Shown here one piece after another: positions 39,245 to 53,825 of a stretch of 64,000 nucleotides of DNA. The notes beneath the pieces were generated by a model, which was given only the letters and a program-made list of their open reading frames with translations, was not told where the DNA came from and did not search any database. The translations under genes and the position numbers were made by a program. The DNA is taken from assembly GCF_006345805.1 (NCBI RefSeq), contig NC_043026.1:6882001-6946000 (forward strand), in the 5' to 3' direction. Within the stretch, counting starts at the first letter, position 1, and each line of letters begins with the position of its first letter. The stretch comes from Octopus sinensis (taxonomy: Eukaryota).

Positions 39245-40085
39245 CTGCTGTGGTAAGAAGCTTGCTTCCCAACCACATGGTTCCGGGTTCAGTCCCACTG
39301 CAAGGCACCTGGAGCAAGTGGCTTTTGTAGATGGAAACTGAAAGTCTGTCATATGTGTGTGTGTGTGTGATTATTTGCCCCCGTCACCACTTGACAACCA
39401 CTGTTGGTTTGTTTACATCCTTGTGACTTAGCAGTACAGCTAAAGAGATCAATAGAATAAATAGCAGGCTAAGAGAATAAAAAATTAGTACCAGGCGTTG
39501 ATTCATTTAAGTAAAACTAAATTCGTCAAAATGGTACTCCAGCATGGGCAATGTCAAATGACAAACGAGAAAAAAAAAACAAAATTATATATATACAAAA
39601 ACAAAATATATAGGAGTAGTTGAGTGGTAAGAAGCTTGCTTCCCAACCACATGGTTCTGGGTTCAATCCCACTGTGTGGCACCTTTGGCAAGTGTCCTAC
39701 TATATCCTTAGGCTGGCCAAGGCTTATATTTTTAATTACATGCAGTAATAAATGCATATATAGAGGTGCAGCTGTGTGGTAAGAAGCTTGCTTTCCAACC
39801 ACATGGCTCCAGGTTCAGTCCCACTGTGTGGCACCTGGGGCAAGTGGATTTTGTAGATGGAAACTGAAAGAAGCCTGTTGTATTTATATATGTGTGTGTG
39901 TGTGTGCCCCACCATTGCTTGACAACTTATGTTGGTGTGTTTATGTTCCCTTAACTTAGCAGTTTGGCAAAAGAGACTGACAATAAATACTAGACTTGCA
40001 AAGAATAAATCCTGAGGTCAATTTGTTTGACTAAAGGCAGTACTCCAGCATGGCCGCAGTCAAATGACTCAAAAAAGTAGAAGAG
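39245..40085 (+). mobile_element. Cluster of SINE family A copies
   Basis: Copies at 39245-39565, 39612-39725 (head only) and 39763-40085. Confidence 0.8.
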
Positions 40086-40114
40086 TGTGAGTATATATAT
40101 ATATATATATATAG

Positions 40115-40156
<42 letters not shown>

Positions 40157-40974
40157 GTGAGCAAAAAGAGAGAGAGAGAGATAAAAAAAAGCAAATTTGA
40201 GGATTTAACATTTGTAAATATTCCAACTCAAATAAGAACACGTGTTTGTACAGTGTGGATGTGTGTGTGTGTGTGTGAAGGATTTATAAATGAAAACAAT
40301 AACAAAAAAAAACAAAGAGCATTCGCAAAAAGGGGCCCATGACGGGATCACTGGAAAGTCTACGACAAAAGGGGTTATGACAAACCACAAACAATTTTTG
40401 ATGATGATGATGATGATGGTGATAGTGATGGTGATGATAGTGATGATGGTGATGGAGGTGGTGATGGTAGTGATGGTGGTGGTGATGGTGATGATAATGG
40501 TGTTGGTGGTGATGGTGAGGGTGGTGATGACGGTGGTGATGATGTGATGGTGGTGGTGATGATGGTGATGGTGGTGATGTAATTGTAGCTATGATGCTGA
40601 TAATAATAATAATGATGATGGTGTGAAGGTGATGGAGATCGTTGTGATATTGATATTGATATTGATGATGATGATGATAGTAATCCCAGTGGTGTGTGTG
40701 TGTATGTGTGTGGGGTGAGTTATTTTAGTGATGACAACTTTACAAAGGTCTGTGGCACAGCACGACACAACACAGGGAGGGTTATGACAGGATGCGATCA
40801 ATAGAGGGGACAAAGATCACCTGTAAAAAGGGGGCAGTGTACTGCTGCATTTGGGTCTTCTTCTGCAGCGACTGCGACCCCTTGCGGGCCTTTGGCTTTT
40901 TTGAACATCGCAAGAAACAGCAGGCAGAACAGGACATGGCGAAGAGGAGGCGACATCCAGCAGCGGTCAATGAT

Positions 40975-41520
40975 GGTAATCCGAAACGGTCAGGTAATCC
41001 AGAGAATTTTTTTCCAAATAAAAAGGGGCCACTACTAGCAGTAATTTAGTTCATGGGGTACATGACTGAAAGAAGGGGCAGTATTTGCAAGGGAATGCTA
41101 ATAGCAATGTCGGTAATCCGAAACGGTCACGTAATCCAGGGAATCTTTTTCCAAATAAAAAGGGGCCACTACTAGCAGTAATTTAGTTCATGGGGTACAT
41201 GACTGAAAGAAGGGGCAGTATTTGCAAGGGAATGCTAATAGCAATGTCGGTAATCCGAAACGGTCACGTAATCCAGGGAATTTTTTTCCAAATAAAAAGG
41301 GGCCACTACTAGCAGTAATTTAGTTCATGGGGTACATGACTGAAAGAAGGGGCAGTATTTGCAAGGGAATGCTAATAGCAATGTCGGTAATCCGAAATGG
41401 TCAGGTAATCCAGGGAATTTTTTTCCAAATAGAAAGGGGCCATTGCTAGCAGTAATTTAGTCCATGGGGCACGTGACTGAAAGAAGGTGCAGCATTTTTG
41501 CAAGGGAACACTAATAGCAG
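40975..41520. repeat. 137-bp tandem repeat, 4 copies
   Basis: GGTAATCCGAAA starts at 40975, 41112, 41249 and 41386. Copies 1-3 are nearly identical. Confidence 0.95.
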
Positions 41521-42284
41521 TAAACTGTTCGTGTGTCATGCTACATGTGAAGATTGAGGGCAAAGAAGAGATATATCGCTTAACTGGTTAGCTATATAGA
41601 TGCACAGGTAGGTAGATAGTCAACTAGGTAAGTAGGTAGATAGCTAGGTAAGGACATGGCTATGTATGTGTGTGTGTGTGTAAGTACATATATATAACTC
41701 CCTATATATATAGGGAGTTAGGTTTAGGGAGATGGGTTCAAAGCATTACACAATACCCAGAAAAATACCAGCTGTTTTGTTTTTTGCTTTTGTTTTTGAA
41801 GTTGTGTGTGAAGGGGTTGAGTGGGGGGTTTGCATGCTGGGATAGCAAAGAGGGGGAAGATGGGGGTTTTAAGCTCTCTTGTTAACACTCTGACATACAA
41901 AACTGCTTGGATTGAGAGAGAAAGAGGGGAGACACAGGATTAATTTCATAAACACACAGACACGCATATATGTAGGTATTGATCGATTAATACGAAGAGG
42001 ATTTATTTACAATGATAATAAAAGAAAAAAGCAACGAGAGTGCAACAGAAACAGCAATGTAGCTGAACGCCATACTATAAGTGCAGAGCTTAGGTTGCGA
42101 TATGTGCACCAGCGCTTGCACACGCACATAGCAACGTGTGTAAGTGTGTGTGTACGTAGTCAGTTTTTTCTTTTTTGCGCAGGTTATTTTCTATCAGAAG
42201 CCGCAAAGCCACACACATCACTTGTCATGTCACCCGAGGTCAATGGGTGTTTTCACGTCTTTCAAACTAGATGGCCTTTGACCT

Positions 42285-42700
42285 ACCTATTTCTTTACTA
42301 CCCACAAAGGGCTAAACACAGAGGGGACAAACAAGGACAGACAAATGGATTAAGTCGATTACATCGACCCCAGTGTGTGACTGGTACTTAATTTATCGAC
42401 CCCGAAAGGATGAAAGGCAAAGTCGACCTCGGCGCAATTTGAACCCAGAACGTAACGGCAGACGAAATACCTATTTCTTTACTACCCACAAGGGGCTAAA
42501 CACAGAGGAGACAAACAAAGACAGACAAATGGATTAAGTCAATTACATCGACCCCAGTGTGTGACTGGTACTTAATTTATCGACCCCGAAAGGATGAAAG
42601 GCAAAGTCGACCTTGGCGGAATTTGAACCCAGAACGTAACGGCAGACGAAATATGGTTACGTATTTCGCCCGGCGTGCTAACGGTTCTGCCAGCTCGCCA
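42285..42700 (-). mobile_element. SINE family B with internal ~184-bp tandem duplication
   Basis: The block ACCTATTTCTTTACTACCCACA...GGCAGACGAAAT occurs at ~42285 and ~42469, with a single head at ~42655-42700. Confidence 0.85.
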
Positions 42701-43146
42701 GACCTACCATCATCACCATCATAATCATTTAATGTCTGTTTTTCCATGCTGGCATGGGTTGGACGGTTTGACAGGAGCTGGCAAGGCCGGGAGCCACATC
42801 AGGCTCCATTGTCTGTTCTTGGTTTGGTTTCTACAGCTGGATGCCCTTCCTAATGCCAATCACTTTACAGAGTGGACTGAGGGTTTTTTGCATGGCAGAG
42901 ACATGGGTGTCTTTTTTACGTGGAACCCACACTGACAGGGTCACCGAGCAATTTGCAAGACAAAACTACTCAGCCAGTGGTGGGGTGGAGAGGAGCAGTA
43001 TTGAGGCGTGGCTGGCTCTCCGCCAATTGAGAGATGAAAGGCATCGGGGGGGGGGGACAAGGACGGGTGTCCCTGCTGTGTAGATACAAGGATACCCCAG
43101 TTGGAAAAGGAAGGAGGGTGAGTTAGAGAGTAAGATAAAGAGAGCA

Positions 43147-43198
<52 letters not shown>

Positions 43199-43610
43199 GG
43201 CAAAGATGTGTTGAGACGAGCCATTAAGGGACATTTGGGGGATGGGTGAGAATAGGTGAGGGGATAGGGAGGTTTGGATTGGGCGAGTGGGTAGGAAAAG
43301 GGTGACTGTAGCAAATGATGGAGTGAAATATAGGAGAGGCTCGGGGGGGGGGGGCAGTGGTTGTGGTAGGTAGGTAAGGGTATTGAGGGTGGTAGCAGAT
43401 AGGTGAGGTGTTAATATGTATGACTAGCCATCTATCCCTGCCCCTCTCTATGTGTGGACCAGCAACAATACCTGGCCTTGATCTCTCAGCCCTTAAGACT
43501 TTATCCTTGAAAAGAGGTAAACAGCCCCATGCAATATTTTAACTCCTCAGGTAGACAAAAAGCCATGCCCTTCACTTTCATGGGTTAAGACACTTGTGTG
43601 GGTGTGTGAG

Positions 43611-43644
<34 letters not shown>

Positions 43645-43989
43645 AGCTTGTGTGTGGGTATGAGAGAGTTTGCATGTGTGTGTGTGAGCTTGCATGGGTG
43701 TCTGCTTGAGTGTATGTGTGTGTGTTGACTATTCCCAATGTACATCAGTAGAGTAGAGATCAAACTGGCCTCAGTCAGACATAAGAGAAGTCAAGTGCTG
43801 CAGGATTTATCAAGACGGTGGTGGTGGTGTGGGATGGTGAGGATTAGTGACTTACTACTAATTCCACAAAAATCATTGTTATTTGGTGAGGATTTGGGAT
43901 TAAACCAGCCATCAATTAGGTCACGTGCACATATATACACACACACATACATTATATATGTATATCAAACTTAATGATATATAAAGGAT

Positions 43990-44034
<45 letters not shown>

Positions 44035-46071
44035 TACATTATATATGTATATCAAACTTAATGATATATAAAGGATGGATATATATATATATACACACAC
44101 ATACACACATAGAAGCATATGTATGCACTCAGACATATATACATATACATACACATGCTTGCATATATATACATGTATACATATATGAAAATTATGGGTA
44201 TGTATACACATACATACATGTGTGTCTGTATATATATATGTCCAACGAACGGGAAACTCCGAGTAACAGGTTTTGTTGAATTTCTGCTGCTTTTAAATAA
44301 AGCATATATATATATATATATAGACACACACACACAATGTATATATACACATATATAGACACATATACAAACACAAATTGTAACACAGCTGACAGACAGT
44401 CTTCACACACACACACACAAGCTTGTTTCCCAACTCTGTGACCTCAGGTTCAGTCCCACTGTCCAGCACCTTCGGCAAGTGTCTGCTACTACAACCCCAG
44501 GCTGACCAAAGCCTTTTAAGTAGATTTGGTTACTGGAAACTAAAAGAAGCTCTTCCTGTGTGTGTAAGCTTGTACAGTGACAGAGTATTGCAATCCAACA
44601 AGATCCTGAGACACAAAATGAGTAAGCATCAAGCACATGACAAAAAGCAGATATCCCCCAACTCTATCGCTCCACCCCCTCTTTTCCTACAGGGGTAGCC
44701 AAGAACCTCTTCTACTAAGGGACATCTAGCTCAAACCCTCTATTATGCATTAACCCCTCACCTGGCACAAAGCTACCTCCCTCAGCTCTCTCTCCCAGCT
44801 GAGATTTTCTTAGTGACTCCACTGGTGTTGGTACCATATAAAAAGCATCAGTGCTGGTGCACAAAAAACCATCCAATATACTGCGTAAAGTGGCTGGCAT
44901 TAGGAAATGTATCCAACCATTGAAACCTTGCCAAAACAGACGAAGCCAGATGCAGCTCTCTGGTTTGCTAACACCTTCAAACCATCCAACCCATGACAGC
45001 ATGGAAGACAGACAGTAAATGATGTTGTATAGTGAAATTATACACCACTCCCTGTAAAAAGTGGTAGTAACTAGCCATTACAAATAGACCAGTAGAAGGT
45101 CGAGAGTAGGTGTAGACTGTGTTGATAGTCGTGTCTGTGCTAATATAGTAATTATACTGTGATACTTAGTGGACGTTATAGGATGAAACTTTTGATGATA
45201 ATAACACTGTATGAGTGGGGGTCAAATGGTGCCAGAGAGAACCAGTCAATTGATGACTTTGGAATATAACAATATCTGTCAGAATGACAACTGCTGTCAA
45301 AGTCAGATACAACAGTGGCAAAAGACCGCTTTACAAGAGATGATGATGCTGAGAAATTGACATGTGGTCCCTGGTCACATGGATACATACTTTGGGATGG
45401 TGTGATCCATTGCAGCTCACCTTGCCATCAACTGTTGACCGTCATAGAGGATTTCCTGACCAAGTCCCCACTGATTATCATGGCCTGAGTTTGAATCTGG
45501 GGGCAGACTTGCAAGCAGAGGTTCGCACTACCAGCTGCAAGTGGATCCCATGCAGATGCACCCGGGTAGGATAAGGCAATCCCCCCACGACCACCACCAC
45601 CAGTCCTACTTGTCAGGAAGACAGTAGCTTACTGCAGGATGCTTGCTGATGCCAAGTCCACATACCATCAGGAATTGGCAGATCTTGGAACAGACACAGC
45701 CTGGGAACCCTCTCCTAGAGACATTAAGAAAAGCTAAGGGACACCTCACTCCTCCTCATTGTGTAGTTATGGTGTTTGTTTCATGCAGGTGCATGCTGGG
45801 TAAGAGTGTTCAGTGTCTTTTACATTGGAATTGGTTTGGCAAATGACTCCAGGAATGGAATTTGGTCAGCAGAAACTATGCCGGAATGCATTGGAATTAA
45901 GTGTGTAAATGTGAACATTCAGCAGTGATATACAGCTCAGCCAAATAAACACCCATTAAATATATATATACACACATACATATACACACACACCCATAAT
46001 ATTGAAGATACATAAATACCACAGTGAATGACTGTGTATGTATGTGTGTGTGTGTATATTATATATATATA

Positions 46072-46118
<47 letters not shown>

Positions 46119-46299
46119 CATACGTATGTGCATCCATTTCAGGCTGTATAATACCATAGAGTTTTGTTTGATATTTATAAATACCACAGAAGCTGTTTGT
46201 TTGAAAAAGGGGGGGGGGGGGCGTAAAGAGACCCTTTATTCACTGTCAGAGAGAGGGAGGGGGCAGGGAGACACACAGAGAATGATAGAGGGAGAGAGG

Positions 46300-46337
<38 letters not shown>

Positions 46338-47004
46338 GTAGAGAGAGACAGAGAGAGATGGGGGTAGAGGTATATGAAGACAGATGTTGGGGAGGAGAGG
46401 CTGGGAGAAAGAGATGGGGAGAGAGAGAAAGAGAGATACAAGAGAGAGAAGGATAAACTAAACATGATGGAGAAAGAGAGAGAGACAGATAGAGAGAGGG
46501 GGATTAGCAAATTGAGATGGAGAGAGAGAGAGCAGGAAGGGTGGGTAGACACCCATCATGTCATCACCTAATCTTTCAGTTAAGAAAAGGGTAACTATTT
46601 TGGGTGTTTGGTAAAATATGCCATTGTGAAGGGAAGGAGAGAGAGAGAGAGAGGATGGTAGGGGCTGAATAGGGAACAGAAGTTCTTTAACAGGGTCATG
46701 TGTGTGTGTGAGAGTGTGTGAGTGTGTGTGTGTGTGAGTGTGTTGTTGTGTGTAAATGCGTGAAAGTGTGTGGGCATGTGTGTGTGTGAAGCTGTTGGTG
46801 CACACGTGACAAAATCTGCAGTTTGTGTGTATATGTGCATGCGCAATAGAATACGCATAGTGTGAATGCATGGTTATGTATGTGTGCTTGTGTATGTGTG
46901 TGCAGATGCATTTTTTTTGTTAGTTTTCTTTTCCATTTAGATTTTAGCCGTGCAAAACGGACCACGCCCATATATATATATATAATATATATATATATCT
47001 ATAT

Positions 47005-47045
<41 letters not shown>

Positions 47046-47078
47046 TATGTATGTATATATAATATATATATATGTATG

Positions 47079-47129
<51 letters not shown>

Positions 47130-47201
47130 ATATATATAATATATATATGTATGTATATATATATGTATGTATATATATATGTATGTATATATATATGTAT
47201 G

Positions 47202-47234
<33 letters not shown>

Positions 47235-47336
47235 CACACACGCACACACAGATACATATATAGCTCTGTGTGTGTGTGCATATGTATATAGCCATACACA
47301 TAAATGCACAAGTACATAGCTGTGTCCATATGTATG

Positions 47337-47367
<31 letters not shown>

Positions 47368-47496
47368 TACACACACACACACACACACAAATATATATAT
47401 ATACATACACACACAAATGCACAAATATATATACATATATATATACTCAACACAAATGCAAATATATATATATATATATATAATATATATATATAG

Positions 47497-47531
<35 letters not shown>

Positions 47532-48865
47532 TTAAATTATATACATATACACATAAATCCACAAATATATATATATACATATATATGTGTATATAATATA
47601 TATATATGTGTGTGTGTGTGTATATATATATATATACACACACACACCCTCATACACTCACATATACACACAACCCATATATACATAATAGGATGGTTGT
47701 TATATAGTGTTTCTAGAGTGTGGTGGTGGAGACAGTGATGATGATGATGAAGATTACAATCCTGGTGATAATGACCTTACTGATGATGGTGGTGGTGGTG
47801 GTGGTGGTGGTGGTGGTGGTGGTGGTGACAGTGGTAAAGTGAGACAATGATGCTGCTGCTGCTGGTAAACCCTCCCCTCCCCCACCATCACCGCCAATTA
47901 ACCAAGAACTTCATAAATGGATTCTCTCACAAATTAACAACAAAATACAATTAAAACGCCTCTCGGAAAATAATAACAATAATAATAATAAAAAGAAAGA
48001 AAAACAAAAGATAAACAAAAAAGCAACAAATACTAAGAACAGGCAAAGGTAGTAGTGGTAGTAATAGTGGTGGGGATGGTAGTAGTAGTAGTAGTAGTGG
48101 AGGGTAGTAGTAGTGATGGAGGTGGTAGTAATAGTAGTTGTAGTAGCAGTAGTGGTGGGGATGGTAGTAGTAGTAGGTGTTGTAATATTAGTAGTGGTAG
48201 TAGTATCATCACAGTTGTCAATACAATGGCTGCTACTACTACTACTACTACTACTACTCTTCATCCACATAACACCACTGTTGCTACTGAGCTACCACCA
48301 CCACCACGGCAACCACAACTTTTACTACCACCCCCACCACCACCACCACGGCAACCACAACTTTTACTACCACCCCCACCACCAAGACCATTATCTGTAC
48401 AACTACCACCATCACCATCACCACCACCGTCATCATCAAGTAATTTCTCATTCAAGGCAATGGTCTTGGGTCGGTCATCAGGGGAAAAGTGATGCTCCAG
48501 CTGGGTCTTTCTGGGGTTTTGGGGAGTCTGCAGTTACTCCCCATAGTCATTGCAATTCCAAAATTCACTCTGGCCCCAGGGTGGTAGTTGGTGCCGTAGT
48601 CCTGGTTAAGAGTAACCGTATCCCAAGGAGAGTGGCCCCAGCAACAGCCACGGCAACGTAACTCTTTCTATTACAGGCACAAGGCCTGAAATTTTGGAGA
48701 GGTGGGGGGGGGACAGGCGATTACATCGACCCCAGAACTCAACTGATGATTTATTGACCCCGAAAGGATGAAAGGTGGCGGAATTTGAAATCAGAATGTA
48801 GCCGCGGGCAAAATACCACTGAGCATTTTGTCCAGTGGTGCTAACGATTCTGCCAGTTGTCCACC

Positions 48866-48904
<39 letters not shown>

Positions 48905-49299
48905 TAATAATAATAATAATAATCCTTTCTACCAAAGGCACAAAGCCTACTTAATTTATTGACCCTGAAAGGATGAAAGGCAAAGTCGACCTCAGCGGAA
49001 TTTGAACTCAGAACGTAGCGACAGGTGAAATGCTGCCAAGTATTTCGTCCAGTGTGCTAATGATTCTGCCAGCTCACCTGAATAATATTTCTTTATGCTT
49101 TTACAGACATTCTGTAGAACAATACTCTGCGTAAAACCAAATAGATGGCACCCTAATCATAACATGAACTTCTAACTTGTTGTCTCTTGAGGTCTTTGGG
49201 TGAGACTTGGAGCCAACTTGTACAAACATAAAGCAAAGGTCAACCATATAATAATAATGATAATAATAAAAATATAAAGATTATATGCATATATATAAT

Positions 49300-49718
49300 A
49301 TGAGCAAATATAAAGATCTTGAAATAGAAATCAGCAAAATGTGGAACCTGAAGACTAAAACAATACCTGTTGTTATAGGTGCCCTGGGAATGATAGCAAA
49401 AGGGGCTGATTACTACCTAGCTCAGAGACTAGGAAACCCCAAAATGACAGAAATTCAAAAGATAGTGCTCATGGGAACTGCTCATATCCTACGTAAAATA
49501 CTTTCTATGTAATCCCAAGTTTTAAAACAAACAATTTTCGTATGTCTTTTTTAGACATTCACTAGTACAACACTAAGTACAAAACCAAATATATGGCACC
49601 CTAGGCATAGCACCAACACGAACTTCCAACTTGTTGTCTCTTGAGGTCTCTGGGTGAGACTTGGAACCAACTTGTACAAATGTAAAGCAAAAGTCAAACA
49701 TAGAATAATAATAATAAT
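49300..49718 (+). mobile_element. R4/Dong-clade non-LTR retrotransposon 3' end (RLE C-terminus, 3' UTR, (TAA)n)
   Basis: SKYKDLEIEISKMWNLKTKTIPVVIGALGMI...EIQKIVLMGTAHILRKILSM* is the typical C-terminus of restriction-like-endonuclease LINEs. A ~190-nt UTR ends in (TAA)n. A second, older UTR copy lies at ~49095-49268. Confidence 0.85.
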
Positions 49719-49727
49719 ATCACATAC

Positions 49728-49825
49728 CCCATTTCTCAGCAGAAAATATTCTAAAGATTTGCTTGGTTCCAACCATGTGCCTTTTTTTGGATCATCGTCG
49801 GCCAGGAAGAGACCATATTCAGCAG
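49728..49825 (-). CDS. TLN: Talin coding exon (F0 subdomain, 98 nt)
   Basis: Minus strand reads TTTTTTGCAG|CT GCT GAA TAT GGT CTC TTC CTG GCC GAC GAT GAT CCA AAA AAA GGC ACA TGG TTG GAA...AGA AAT GGG|GTATGT. This gives AEYGLFLADDDPKKGTWLEPSKSLEYFLLRNG, matching the talin F0 motif (vertebrate SDFGLFLSDDDPKKGIWLEAGKALDYYMLRNG, recalled). Canonical AG/GT; phase 1 in, phase 0 out. Confidence 0.95.
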
Positions 49826-50132
49826 CTGCAAAAAAGAGAAAGACAAAGATGAAATTAAAGATTTATAAACATATCCAACCCACCGTTAGCCCAGCTCTCT
49901 AGTCAACCATCAACTCTTTGCAGGATCCCTTAATCCTGTAACTAACAGCTATACTTGTTAGAAGACTGATCCAGCAGGTGTAGGATCAAATATATCCCAG
50001 CCATGACCATCCCATCATCTTTTATTCAGACAAGTGTATCTAAAACTACATTATCTAATGTGTTTTTCCTTGTAATTGTTTAACCCCAGGTCAGTCCTGA
50101 TCCAGCAAACCTATGATTAACGATGTTCCTGC

Positions 50133-50348
50133 TCTCTTTACTCTCTTTTACTTGTTTCAGTCATTTGACAGCGGCCATGCTGGAGCTTCGCCTTTAATCG
50201 AGCAACTCGACCCCGGGACTTATTCTTTTGTAAGCCCAGTACTTATTCTATCGGTCTCTTTTGCCGAACCGCTAAATGACGGGGACATAAACACACCAGC
50301 ATCGGTTGTCAAGCAATGCTAGGGGGACAAACACAGACACACAAACGC

Positions 50349-50382
<34 letters not shown>

Positions 50383-50545
50383 TACGACAGGCTTCTTTCA
50401 GTTTCCGTCTACCAAATCCACTCACAAGGCATTGGTCGGCCCGAGGCTATAGTAGAAGACACTTGTCCAAGATGCCACGCAGTGGGACTGAACCCGGAAC
50501 CATGTGGTTGGTAGACAGGCTACTTATCACACAGCCACTCCTGCT
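50133..50545 (-). mobile_element. SINE family A inserted in a family-F repeat
   Basis: Full length; the flanks rejoin to GATGTTCC..CTATGACCATCCC. Confidence 0.9.
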
Positions 50546-52038
50546 ATGACCATCCCCTCTTTTATTCAGACATAAGTGTATCTAGGACCATATTATCTAA
50601 TGTGTCTTTCCTGTATATTGTTTGCATTATTACAAAGTAGCCTAAAAGCTGCACTTCTTGTAGGCTTTTAATCTAAGCTCCCACAGAGGGCTAATTAGGT
50701 CTGTGCCCCCAAATAAAAGAGAGCTAATTAGCAAGACAATAATACGTCTATAATGAGTATAGGCTCCAGTGGTGTTTGACCAGGGGTCAAGGATGGATGT
50801 AAATTAATCCAGTCCCAAGATGAATTCCAGCTGTTGGCCAATTTGAACCAAAGTTTTTACTTCCACAAAAAATTAACGAAACGAATGTCATTTATCTCCC
50901 CTTTGATCTCTGATGTCACCTGACAAACGCCAACCAAGATGGTGTGAATCAGCCAAGCTTTAACTGCTATGCTTTTAAATCAGATCCCAATGCTAGAGAT
51001 TCAAGAACCAAATGAAGGGCAGGTATTCAATCCTGGGATCATCCTGATTCCAAAAAGGTATAAAATGTCTATGGAGAACAAATGTAAAATGAGATACAAA
51101 GATCCTGGACAGACAGAATTTCATGTTTATTAATTAATATAGATGTGTATCAATGTAATTGCTTAACCCTAGGTCAGTCCTGATCTAGCAGGACTGACCT
51201 ATATTATGATCAAAGATGTTACAGCTGTGACCACCCTGTCTTTTATTCATAGGTGAGGTTGTGAGTTCGATTCTCGGACCGGGCTGCATGTTGTGTTCTT
51301 GAGCAAGACACTTTATTTCACGTTACTCCAGTTCACTCAGCTGTAGAAATAAATTGTGACGTGACTTGTGCCAAGCTGTATCGGGGCCCCTTTGCCTTTC
51401 CCTTGGATAACATTGGTGGCATGGAGAGGGGAGGCTGGTATTCCATAAACAACCTTGCCCAGGCTTGTGCCTCGGAGGGGAAGTTTCTAGGTGCAATCCC
51501 ATGGTCATTCATGAATGAAGGGGTCTTTACCCTTTACCCTATGTACATATATAGGTGTGGAGAGGAGAGGCTGGTATGCATGGGTGACTGCTGGTCTTTC
51601 ACAAAACAACCCTGCCTGGACTTGTGCCTTGGAGGGGAACTTTCTGGGTGCAATCCCATGGCCATTCATGACTAAAGGGGGTCTTTACCCTGTATGTATA
51701 TGAGTGGCTAAAGAATGTCAGGAGAAGGACACCCAAGAGTCATGACCAGGATGTGGTTTGGACCCCTTAGAACGTAAGAAGCTAAGGACCAAAATACTTG
51801 CCCCCTCCCCGGGGGGGGGGGTTCTTGTCTGAAGAGCCTCTGCAGTTCAGCTCTCTTGAAAGTGTTTTTTTTTACCACTATATATATATATACACACATA
51901 TATACACACACACATATATATATACACACACACGCACACATGCACCCATGGGTGAGGGAACCAGGAGAGCTCATTAGTGACAGTGTGTCCTCACATTCAC
52001 AGTGGCTTTGTAACTTATAATTGTGCCTTGTTTATAAT

Positions 52039-52073
<35 letters not shown>

Positions 52074-52282
52074 CTGTTCACTTTGATATCTCTGTGCATA
52101 AGTAGCAATGGTGGTGGAGGTTATAGAAACGGAGGGGGAGAGAGTAGTAGTGATGGCGGTGGTAGCAAGGGGTGATGACTGCTGAGGTGGTGTCGGTAGT
52201 GGTGGGAGATGGTAGTGGTAGCAGGTATGATGCTGACGATGGTGATGGACACCCCACTCAACCAACCAGAAGAACATCTAAC

Positions 52283-53756
52283 TATATCTATACATATATA
52301 TATATACATATATACACATATATATTATATACATATATATATATACATATATACACATATATATATATACATATATACACATACATATATACACATACAT
52401 ATATACACATATATATATACATATATACACATATATATATATACATATATACACATATATATATATACATATATACACATACATATATACACATACATAT
52501 ATACACATACATATATACACATACATATATACACATATATATATATACATATATACACATACATATATACACATACATATATACATATATACACATACAT
52601 ATATACATATATACACATATATATATATACATATACACACATATTATATACATATACACACACATATATATACATATACACCACATATATATATACATAT
52701 ATACACACATATATATATACATATTACACCACATTATATATACAATACACACATATATATATACATAGATTACACATATATATATACATATATACACATA
52801 TTATATATTATACACACCATATATATATATACATATACACATATATATATACATATATACACATATATATATACATACATATATTATATATACATATACA
52901 TATATATATACATATATATTATTATACATATACATATATATACATATATATATATATACATTATATATATACATACATATATATATATATACATTACATA
53001 TATATATATATACATATACATATATATACATATATATTATACATAATATACATATATATATATACATATATATATACATATATATATATACATATATACA
53101 CATATATATATATATACATATACACATTATATATTATATACATATATACACATATATATATATATACATATATACACATATATATATACATATATACACA
53201 TATATATATATACATATATACACATATATATATATACATATATACACATATATATATATACATATATACACATATATATATATACATATATACACATATA
53301 TATATATACATATATACACATATATATATATATATATATACACATATATATATATACATATATACATATACATATATATACATATATACATATACATATA
53401 TACACATATATACATATACATATATACATATATATATACATATATACATATATACACATATATACATATACATATATACACATATACATATACATTATAC
53501 ATATATATATACATATATACATATACATATATATACATATATACATATACATATAATATACATATATAACATATACACATATATACATATACATATATAT
53601 ACATATACATATATACATATATATACATATATATATACATACATATATATATACATATATATACAGATATACATATACATATATATATACATATATATAT
53701 ACATATACATATATATATACATATATATATACATATACATATACATATATATATAC

Positions 53757-53787
<31 letters not shown>

Positions 53788-53794
53788 CATATAC

Positions 53795-53825
<31 letters not shown>

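Noticed and set aside
44238-44270. TGT-CCAACGA-ACGG-GAA-ACTCCGAGT-A-ACA hammerhead-like remnant (similar at ~26265-26295 and ~845-860)
   Set aside because: Core mutated and stem II absent; too degenerate to call.
45780-45930. Minus-strand NSNAFRHSF..PNSIP, like an L2/CR1 C-terminus
   Set aside because: Too short and disrupted to support a call.
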